This document shows, piece by piece, positions 35,106-46,812 of a stretch of DNA of 64,000 nt. The position numbers were made by a program, and so were the translations under genes. Numbering within the stretch: the first letter of the stretch is position 1; the number at the start of each line of letters is the position of its first letter. A model generated the notes under the pieces. It saw only the letters and a list, made by a program, of their open reading frames with translations, was not told the DNA's origin and searched no databases. Origin of the DNA: Chrysomallon squamiferum (lineage: Eukaryota; Animalia; Mollusca); assembly GCA_012295275.1 (NCBI GenBank), contig CM022672.1, positions 17,236,001-17,300,000 of the forward strand, given 5' to 3'.

Positions 35106-38100
35106 TCTGTAATGCCTATGAAACTACAAATCATTTCCTCTTGCAGCCTATTGCCATCTTCTGTATTTTCACCATCTGACTTCATACATATAGTGTTCAT
35201 TTGTTTTACAATTTACTTACAATTGTCATCATAATATCATTGCATGAGCTTTAGGCCAGTTTTATTTTTTATCATTTTGTATCTGTTATATGTGTATATA
35301 TTTATTGTTTCGGTTGTTGTGCTCAGTATATATTTAGCCTGTGAGTTTATAGAAGGAAGGTTGTGGCATCATTTGTATTAAAAAAACTTCATTTTTGCGA
35401 TGTTCTCGATTTGATGTTGTGCTACTTTATTTTTATAATTTAGAAATTATTTTACTATCATTTAATTGTTGTTGCTTAAAATGATAAAAGAATTAATCTT
35501 CTGAAAGATTGTTTAAATAATTCATGTGCTTTTAATGCTTTGGAAGTTTTATTTGTTCAGAACTTAATTTCATTGATAAGCAGATACTTTCATTACTTAC
35601 GGCACTTTTCATTATTATTAGTAGTAAAATAGAAAATAATTTTACTAAAATATTACATATTTATTTATTTGATATAATATGTAATAAGAAAATACCATGC
35701 CATGCAAATAATACAACTTCTCATCCATTATTTAAATCTGAAACATCTCAGTAACATTTCTAACAATATGTAATTTTTACTGTTACATATAATGGCATAT
35801 TTTCTAATTTAGTTAAGTATGCTATTAATATTTAATTTCAGTCTTATGATATTCTGACTTTTTATTACATATATTTTAGTAAATATATGCTTAAAATTTT
35901 AATAAATATTCCTTGTTGCTAAATGATGAAATGACAGAACTTTAGATTTTGTTTTAGGGGGAGAAAAAAAGAAAGAAAGAAAAAAATTATTTTTTACAAG
36001 ATTTTGGTATTCATTCATTGGTAATTTATACATTTTCAAATAAATAAATAATATATATTATCTGGAAGGTGATACCAAATATATTTTTTTGGGGAAAAAA
36101 AAAAATCAAAATTACAGTTATTAAAAAGTTATGCTCAGTTTTATTGTATTTGAAAATTTTGATTCAAAAAAACTATCAGCAGCTAGTTTTGACAGCAGTA
36201 TCATTTATTTTTCACATTTAAATTAAAATCTTAAAACATTTCAAAAGAATGTTAATGTCAAAATAATATTTTAAAAATTTAGTTTTGAAAATCCTAATTG
36301 ATATTACTCTGACATCTGCACACAGGGCAACTGTGTTGCAGTGATGATGAGCATTCTGCGACAAATGACTGAAAACCACTACATCAGCTACATCAACAAC
36401 TTCACAACAAACTATGACGTTCTTGATTTTCTCATGGAGATAATTCTTGTGTTCCGAGATCTTATCAACCGTAATGTTTATCCTGAAGACTGGGTGGAGA
36501 TGATTTTACTGCAGAACAGGTTAAATTTAAATTCAAAAATTATTATTTGTTTATATTTTTAAGTAAAAAGATTGTGTGGAAATGATTTTTGAAGCAGAAC
36601 TTGTTAAATTTAAATTTTGTAATGTTTTATTCATTAATATTTTTGAATTAGAAGCTACGTACATAACTTTGGCCATACTATTTACTATATTATTATACTT
36701 TATTATTAAAAAATTGCTGAAGGCAAACATAAGAAATATATTTCTTTGGCCATGTTTTTTTATTCTCGTTTTTTATTCTCGTACTTTTTTTTTATTCAAA
36801 AATATTACTTACACTAACAAATGAAACATTAGCTTTGACTAGCTTTTACTAAATATATTTAGGTTATTTTTAGCATTATAACAGGTACATTTTATATAAG
36901 GCTATTGTTTTCACTAATTTATTTACTATTTATTTTAATGATTTTATCAGTATTTATTTAATTTGAATTTTTTTTTATTTTCCAGTATTATTTTGAGAGC
37001 TATGAGATTTTTTGCCATCACCATTCATGAGAAATTCTCAAATCCATTTGAGCAACAGGTTCATTTTTATGTCAATTTATTATTTTATTTATTTATTTGT
37101 TTGTTTGTTTATTATATAAAAGAAATAAGAAAAATACAACTAAAAACTAAACACTCAAAAAAAAAACAAATTAAGCATTATTATAATGAAAAATATGTAA
37201 TGATATTTTTTCATTGCTTACTTTATAAATAACATTAACAAATAAAACAATTTTCTTTTATGAAATTCCCATGTGTTTGATTTTTCTCATTTCTTCATTT
37301 GTATAATTACACAGAAACCATTCTTTAATCATTGTTTATTTTGTTATTTATTTATTATATTATTTTACTTTATATTACTTTACTTTACTTTAATTCACAT
37401 TTTTGTTAAATTTTATTTTTACTTCATTTTTAAATTTTTATTATATGTGTATATATATATATATATATTATTATTATTTTTTTTTAATTCACTTCATGTT
37501 GTAATTTTCATTTTTTATTTCAGTTGTGGAACAATTTTTTCCATTGTGCTATATCATTCCTCACACAAGATTCGTTACAACTGGAACATTTTTCAGCAGC
37601 AAAACGAGAAAAAATTGTTTCCAGGTAACTTTATAAACTTTCTTCACATAAAAAACCCAAAATTTCAGGTGTCATTCATAAATAATTCATATAATTTACA
37701 TTTATTTTTATAGCAAAATTATTATATTGTTATTGATATTTTGTGTTCTGATATGATTATTATTTATTATTTTGCAGATACAAAGATATGAGAAGAGAAA
37801 CTGGTTTTGAGATTCGCTCAATGTGGTTTAAATTGGGTTTGTTTATGCTATGGAATAAATCTCTATAATCTGTTTTATAAATAAATAAAAACATTAAAAT
37901 ATAGTACATTATGTCAATATCATCAGTTGTTATTAATTAATTAAAATATTAATATACTTAGTACTTGAAAAAAATGCTTTTTTTTACTGTAGACTAAAAT
38001 GAACATTGTTTACTTTTTAAATTTTACATTAATACTTTATTTTTATAAGCTACGATACAAATGGAAATAAACATATCAGGTTTCATTATTTCTGAAATTC

Positions 38101-41100
38101 CTTGGTAAGTGTTTGTTAGCCCACATTTTAGATAGATTTACTGATAATTAATTCTTAATGATGAGCTTATTGTTGAAAGTCAGTGATGATGTAAATAAAA
38201 TAATATTTTTTTACTTGTAGGCCACAACAAGATCAGTTTTATCCCAGGCATGGTTGGGCCAATATTGGAGATGACACTGATTCCAGAAACAGGTACGTTA
38301 AAGATTTTCTTGTCTTTTAGGACTTAATTAATTAATGAGCAGTGAATATTTTGAAAAAAAAAAAAAAAAATCAAATAAAATAAACAAAAATAATAATAAT
38401 AATAATTAAAACTTCAAATTTTAGAAATTTTAAATTTTTTTACCTATTGTTTTTATTATTATTAATTTGTTTTATGTTAACTATGTTATAAATAGCTGTT
38501 CTACTAAATTGGATGTTAAACTGTTTCAGAACTGAGAAAAGCCACTATCCCAATCTTCTTTGACATGATGCTGTGTGAATTTCATCAGCCTGTGCCTAAC
38601 TCAAACAGAATACAGGGAAATTTCCATGAGGTATGTTTCTTGAAAAATATTAAAAATTTAAATCTTCTTTACATACTGAAATCCAAAAACTTCCTAAAAC
38701 AAGTGAAAAAATAGCACAAAAAAATCAGAAATGCAGATATTGAATGTTTAATTACACAAACTGTGTTTCATTCACAAATTATTAAAAATATTATATAAAA
38801 CTACCTGCAGAATATCTATTTATGAAATCAAAATCCAGAATACTACCAGTTCAAGCATTTTAAGTAATGTATTGTTCAGATTAATTTACAATACGAGTAC
38901 TGTAAAAATGCATTGAATTTTATAAGTTTGATTTCCAAGTTTCTACACATCTTGTTATCATTCCTTCTATGTATGTTGAATTTTATTTTAGTTTATAATG
39001 TGTACATTTATTTATTTATTTATTTATTTATTTAGGTTGAAAATGAAATGATCACTCAGCTGGATGCTCTGGTTGAAGGAGGTCGTGGAGATGAACAGTA
39101 CATGGAACTCATATTTCAAATGTATGGCTTTGTTACATTTTGCAAATATTTATGTTTTCTTACATCCATATATATATATACATACACACACATATACACG
39201 ATTCTGTTTATCAAACTTTTATTTGCAAATCAGATAAAAAACAGTAATTTAATTTTATTTGCCCACAGAAATGTCGAGTACAGTGGCAAATACAAACAGC
39301 TAGCTGTATAATATGTCATATATGTTTGTATGTGCAAGTCCTGGGAAATGTTTTGTTCATTCGTAAAAGATATTGGAAAGCATTTTGGATAATGTTTAAT
39401 TTTTACAAAATGCTTCAGTTTTCATATCAGTTTTAAAAATTTTATTATTATCTTTTATTATCTGCAGTCTGTATCATCTGTGCGATGGTCATGCTACTAT
39501 GCAGTCTCAGGGTCTGATCTTTGTGGAGACAGTCAGAAAACTGTTACAGAGGTTGCTGGAGTACAGACTCATCATGCAGGATGAGGTGAAGGAACACAGG
39601 ATGAGCTGCATAGTCAATCTGCTGGTAATCTCTTTGTTTTTTCTATATTTCGTTTCTTTTTCCTTTCTCTTTTAATTTAATTTAATTTTAGTTTAATTTT
39701 GTATTATTTTATTTTATATTTTGTTTCTTTTTCCTTTCTTTTTTAATTTAATATTTGGATTGTTTAGCAATAGTGTATTCTTTTTTATGTTATGTTATTG
39801 TTTTTATTAAATTTTCTTATTAAGTTTATTTTGTACTGGGTTTTGCATTATTCCATTTTATATTTTATCACTGTGTTTTTATTTATTTTATTTCATTTAT
39901 TTTTATAATTTAATTTACTTGTACTTTATTCAACTTTATATTATCTGACAATTTTAATTATATGTAATTATTTGTTGTTTAATTTTCTACTTATTTTTCC
40001 AGATTATACTTTACTATTTGTATTTTGTTTTGTTTCATTACTTTATTTGTTTTTTTTAATTTCAAATAATTTTTTTTTTTTTTCCTTAAATTAATTATTG
40101 CTATTTGTTTTTTTGGCTCTATCACACTTTATATTATTTCAATGTTTTAGTATTTATATATATATATATATTTTTTTTTTTTATTTTGGTTTTCTTTTCT
40201 TTTCTTTTTCTTTATCATTTTGTTATTTTATTTTCATTTAGTGTATTTAATTTTATAAATTAATTTTATTTTTTTATGATTTGATTTGATTTAGTTTGAT
40301 TTTATCTTTGTTATATTTCACTTATTTCATTAACTTATTTGTTTCATTATTTATTCTAATAATAAAATATTTTCATTTATTAAGTTCTTTCACAACATAC
40401 TTTAATATATTTACCTACCTAATTATCTATATTCTTATTATTTTTTTTTACTTCTTTTTTTTCAAAATCCACTTTTTTTTTCTTCCTTAGGACTTTTACC
40501 ATGACATTAACCGACAGGAGATGTATATCAGATACCTACACAAACTGTGTGACCTTCACCTTGAGTGTGATAACTTCACTGAAGCTGCTCATACACTCAT
40601 GTTGTACACAAGACTCTTACAGGTCAGATATTTTTTATCTTCTGAGTTCCTGAAAATCAGTTTGCTTACAGTTTTTAAAGTTAAACATTTTGACATAGTA
40701 TAAAAAATTTTTTTTTATCATATTCTGAAATTTAAATTAGTAATAAAGTTATATTAGCAAATTGTGCTAAAATTATGATTAATTATGTATGTTGAATATA
40801 AAACTTGTGCATTAATTTGTCAAATTTTGAAACTTCAAACAATATAACATCATAATAAATTTCAATTTTTGGCTTAATAATAATCTTTTGACAATTTTAA
40901 CAAAAAGCATTAAACTTTTGAAATATTTCATCCATATTAAACTTTTGAAATATTTCATCCATATTAAACTTTCAGCAATATTTATAAAGTATTTTGATAT
41001 TTATCATACATTCATTCATTGATTCATAAATGTGTATACTGGGAAAGAAAAAGAAAATGGTTGTTCTACTTTAAAAAAAAAATCTTTTATATATATATGC

Positions 41101-42869
41101 ATATATTTTTTATTTTAATTTCCCAGTGGTCTGATGAAAGTTTGCCGCCCATGTTACAAAACTCTAAATATCCTGGCACTTTCAGTCAGAGAGGTCTGAA
41201 AGAAAAGATTTACTATGACATCATTTCTTACCTCGACAAAGGAAAGGTAACTAGATATTTGTTTTTTACAGACCATTTGTTAAAATATTAAAACAGACAC
41301 TTCCAGAATGTGCTGTTCAACTGATAAATTATATATATTAAATTGGTTACATTTAGACAACCATCCAAAGATTTAAGTTATTTTGTACTGAAGTGTAATT
41401 AAGCAGTCATTCAGCTAAGTGTTTGGTACCAATGTTACTCTGGTGTTGTGTTTCAGATGTGGGAGACAGGTATTGAAATGTGTAAAGAACTGGCTCGACT
41501 CTACGAAGAGGAACTTTTTGATTACAAGCGTCTTAGCACAATTCTTGTATGTTGGATTAAATCATCATCATTATTATTATTATTATTATTATTACTATTA
41601 TTATTACTATTATTATTATTATTATTTCAAAATTATAAAATAACCTTTCAGTCTACAGTCATATTTTAGCATAGTTATATCCTTTTTTTCTTCATTTCTT
41701 TCAAAGATAATATTTTCGGAGAAGAATTCATAAAAGATATTTTCATTTTAGTGTTATTTTATTAAGAATATTTAAATTCTTTTATTCATTTTTTATATTT
41801 TTTTTTGCTTTCTGGTTTATCTCTGTTTTATTGTTAAGTTCTTTTTTTTTAAATTGTTTTATCTATGTATTTATTTTTGTCTCTGTATCTATCTGTCTAT
41901 TGAATTTATCAGTCTCTGAATCACATATGAAGAGGAAGATGGTATAATTATTTTCTTTAACATTTTTAGAAAAGACAAGCAGAGTTGTTTGATTGTATTA
42001 TGAATCAGATGAGACCAGAACCTGAATACTTCAGAGTTGGATATTTTGGTCGAGGTTTCCCCTCTTTCTTGCAGGTATTTCTTACTGTATTTAAAAACAT
42101 TTTCTGTTATTTCATTTCTAGCATTAATTAATTTCTTCTCATTGTTTGAGTAAATTTAATATAAGTATTTTTTTTGTTTTAATCACATAAAGAATACTTA
42201 AATTATATTTTCAATATTTTTAATTTGTCAGTTTTGTTTTTAATTTTTTTAAATTTTTACTTAATTGTTTTGGAAATGTTTCACTGTGAATAAAATCTCT
42301 GTTTTCCTGATATTTTCCAAAATTTTTGTTTCTTTTTCTGTTTTTTTTTATTTTTTATTTTTTTTTTTAGCATTATTTGCAGAATTCATTATTTCAAATA
42401 TATTTATTAAACATTTTTTTTCTCCGTTTATTTCTTTTTTCTTTTGTCCTTTTTGATTATTATTATTATTATCATCATCATCATCATTTGGTAATGAAAG
42501 AAAAAAAAAACATCAACATGCATTTACAAACAACTTCCATATTTCAGAACAAAGTGTACATCTACAGAGGGAAGGAATATGAAAGGCTTGCAGATTTCAG
42601 TGCCAGAATGCAGACTTTGTTTCCTAATGCTGAGGTGGGTGATACAGAATCAATTTGTGTGCTATGATAGATTTTATGTGTGTGTGTGTAATGTGCTGTT
42701 AATTGAAATACACTTTAAAAAATATAGTAATAAGAAAAACATTTCCAAAATTGTTGTCATAATTTAGTTTTTTCATCTTTTTTATACATTCCACAAAGTT
42801 AACTGCAGGGGTTTTTTTTCATAATTTTCTTCTGTGTTTTTTAGTTATTTATTATTTATCTATTTATTA

Positions 42870-42922
<53 letters not shown>

Positions 42923-45776
42923 TAAAATTGTTATTTAAACTGTTATTTTATTATGAATATTTAAATTCTTCTATTAATTTTTGTATTTATTATTTTCAGC
43001 TGATGAAAACACTGGATGCTCCTAGCCAGGATATTAGGGAATCTCAGAAACAGTGTATCCTTCATTATACCAGCTTTTTGATATCTAGTTTCTTTATCTT
43101 ATTTAAAAAATGTTTTTTAATTTTTATTGAGTTTCAGAGGATCACAATTATCATCATTATCATCATCATTCTTATTATTATTATCATCATGACACAATTC
43201 TTTAATAACTTGATATTATTTTTTGTTATTAAAATAAAAATAATATCTAGAATGAAAGCATTGAACTAAAATAACTTTGGTTGATAAGAAAAAAATGGTT
43301 TACATCTTATTATTTACTTTTTTTTACATTAGGTCTAAATAAATAATTTTAAGAAAATATTTTCTTTAATGGTGGCAGATTTACAAATAAATGCTGTTAG
43401 TCCAGTGATGGAGCTGAAGCCATGTTTTTGTAACAAGCCAATCACAGAACAGATACTGAAGTAAGTATACTCATTTTTAATTTATGAGAAACTTACATTG
43501 ATAAAATAATTCAGTGTCCTTGCACTAATACATAAAAAAAGAAAAAAAATGATATTAATAATAATACAAACATATTTATAAAAATAAAATGAAATGTGTT
43601 TAAAAAATAAAGGATGTTAACTAGAGTATTTTTGTTGTGTTACAGATATTACAGAGTCAACGAAGTTCAGAAGTTTACCTATTCAAGACGTACAGAGGAG
43701 AGCACTGATGTATCGGTTAGTATTTGTTTTTATCTACTTTCTAACTCTTTTTTTTTTTTTTTTTTTTGCAGTTATAAACTGATACCCTTAATAAAAGGTA
43801 AAAATCTACCTCATAATATATGACATATAATGTTGATAAATTTTAAAAAAAGCACAAACTATCCAAAATAATAATAAATATAATGATAAAATAATAAAGA
43901 ATAATAATAATAAAAAATATCTGTATAAATAAATAAATAAATAAATAAAGCAAAATAGGTTGAAAATGTAAATGGCTGGTGTTATTGTGTTAATGATTCA
44001 TACAGAGAAAAACATGGATCTTAAGATGAAAAACAATACTCTACTGATATAAGGATTTATTATATTTAATTGTTAATGTAGCAAAAATGGTATAATCAAA
44101 AACATGATAAAATTAAATACTCATAATAACTGTAATGTTTGTAACATCAATAGAAAATGTGGCTGGAGAGAACCATCATGGTGACATCATATCCTCTGCC
44201 AGGAATTGTGGGATGGTATCCAGTTACTTCAACAGAGACTGTGAGTTTGAAAATTGTTGTCAAATTTATTTTTTAGTTGTTTTATTATTATAACTTATTT
44301 GTTAGAAATAGTCATATTATACTTTTAAAATAAAATATTTAAATTATTAAAAAGAAACCTTTATTCTTTCAAAAAATAATTATTTTTGAAAAATTTGTCA
44401 AAATTTATTGTTAATGAGGTTTTTCCAAAATATTATTTCTTGTTTTGTGACTTTGTTTTTTTTTAAATGGAAAGAAATAACAAAAATATTTTTTCAATTT
44501 CTGATGAAATACATTTTTGTTTTTTTAAATTATTATTATTATTATTTTTTTTAAATAATAAATTCTAGTGTGTTGTGTAAATAATAAATACTAAAAGAAT
44601 GTTGTTTTAGTTCCGGGTGAGTCCACTCGAATGTGCTATAGAGACTCTGGAGAAGACCAACAAGAAACTCACCATGGCTATTGATCAGCACAGACAAGAT
44701 GAGAATTTACGTGTTGATCCACTTGGGATGTTGCTCAATGGAGTTGTCGATCCAGCAGTAAATGGAGGCATCTCAAAATACAAGGTTTGACAGAAAAATG
44801 TATCTGTTAGGGTTTTTATATGAATAGGTTTTTTAAAAAAAAATTTAAGGATGTAATTTATTTATCTATGAAAAGAAATCAAATTTTTTTTAAAAATATA
44901 AAACTGAAAATGGAGGGATATCAACTACATGATCCTACTTTTCTGTAATCTATTTTTGAATATGAGTAGAGTCTTAAGGATTTTTGATATAAGAGTAAAT
45001 GTTAAAAAAATGATTGTAAACACTGATAATTTGGAGAAAAATATTAAACTGAAAATATTTATAGTTTTTAAAAATGTTTTATAGTTAAAGGTACACATTT
45101 GACAGATATAATTAAAGTTTTAAAAAGCAATGTATTTTGTTAATGGGGCATATTCAATTGTATTAAAATTTAGTTCATTATTATTATTATCTAAAGTTTT
45201 TGTTTTTAATAATAAAAATGGATTAAATCTGAATTTGTATTTAACAATTGAGGATAAAATCAGAGTAATGATAATATAAAATAGTATTATTCATGTATTT
45301 ATTTATTTATTTTTAGTTATAATTTACATTATAATTTTTATCCAGGTTTTTTACAATGATGAGTACCTACTAACAAATGGTACTGAAAAAGACCGGGAAC
45401 ATGTAGAAAAACTGAAACTGCTGACTACAGAACAGGTAAAATATATGTACAAACCTCAAGTTTGCTGCTTATTACCTCAGAATTAAGTTTGTTAAAATAA
45501 TGTTAATATGAATGTTTATGTTAAGTTTTAATTTAAATAATTTCAGTAATATCCCCCCCGCCAAACTTTTTTTCAAACATGTGGTGCAAAAAACATAATT
45601 TTTTTTAAATGATATATAAAATTAAGAAAATATACAAAAAGATCTCTTAAAAAATAAAAATTGATGGGCTATTATATATTTATAATTTTTTTATAATTGA
45701 CTGTTTGGTGAAGAAACACCAAATACTTCAATGACAGAATTCTTTATTTAGATTTTTCTAATAATTCTTTTTAAAA

Positions 45777-45825
<49 letters not shown>

Positions 45826-46069
45826 TTACTTCAAACATTTATTCTTCAGTTACAATATGTTTTTATTTCAGATTGTGCTTTTGAAAGATGCCTTATTGGT
45901 TCACAGACGAAAGGCTCCAGAAACTCTGAAACCTTTTCACACTCACATGGAGCAACGCTTTGTGGAAATGTGCAATATCATAGAGAGAGAATATGGCATT
46001 AAGGTAAATGTTGTGTGTATATGAAACAGGAGAGAGAGAGAGTGAGTGTGTGAGTGTGTGTGGGTGTGT

Positions 46070-46108
<39 letters not shown>

Positions 46109-46728
46109 TGGGTGTGCGTGTGGGTGTGTTTATCAGTTTAATTTTCAATTCAGACAAAATCGAATTATATGTGGATGACCAAAAAAATAATGTTTAATAG
46201 TTTTGTAATAACAGAAAATTACTCATTAAAATATTTAAAATAGTTATGATAATGATGATGATAAATAGTGATTTTGTCTATCAGTGTTATTATTGTACAT
46301 TATTTTTATTATCTTTTTTTTGGCAGTATTTTTTAAGATAATTATGTTTGTGAATATGTTTTATTCTTTTTCATAATAAAATTTGCAAATATATTTGTTC
46401 TTATTATTCTAGCTGCATGTTTTTCATGTATCTGAGAGAGGATATAAAACTTCGTCTTTAAAAAATCCCACATATCAGCGCCTTGTTGAGTCCAGTGTAA
46501 AAATTAAATTTTATTAACATGGTGGAATTTTAATTTTTTTTTTTATAAAAATATTTTGGGTTTGATTTTTTTTTTTTTTTTCAATTATTTTAAATTTAAT
46601 AACTTTTATGGTGTTGGGAATATATGTTGATTTATATTTCTGTAATAAATAATATAAGCTAAGTTTTATTTAATAATATTTTTAGTATATTTATGATATC
46701 TGTACATATGTATGTGTTTGTGTGTCTC

Positions 46729-46812
<84 letters not shown>

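Noticed and set aside
34744-35162. Possible phase 0-2 (34744-34778) plus phase 2-0 (35009-35042 or 35147-35162) exon pairs
   Set aside because: Requires obligate pairing of weak sites; too many degrees of freedom to support from sequence alone.
38050-38110. Strong GTAAGT at 38105 and nearby AGs in intron 33
   Set aside because: The segments ending at this donor (25 or 55 nt) break the frame, and the 30-nt in-frame option has a weak donor; may be chance.
39269-39277. 9-nt phase 2-2 microexon candidate
   Set aside because: Good acceptor but weak donor (GA|GTACAG), and it would interrupt a conserved helical region.
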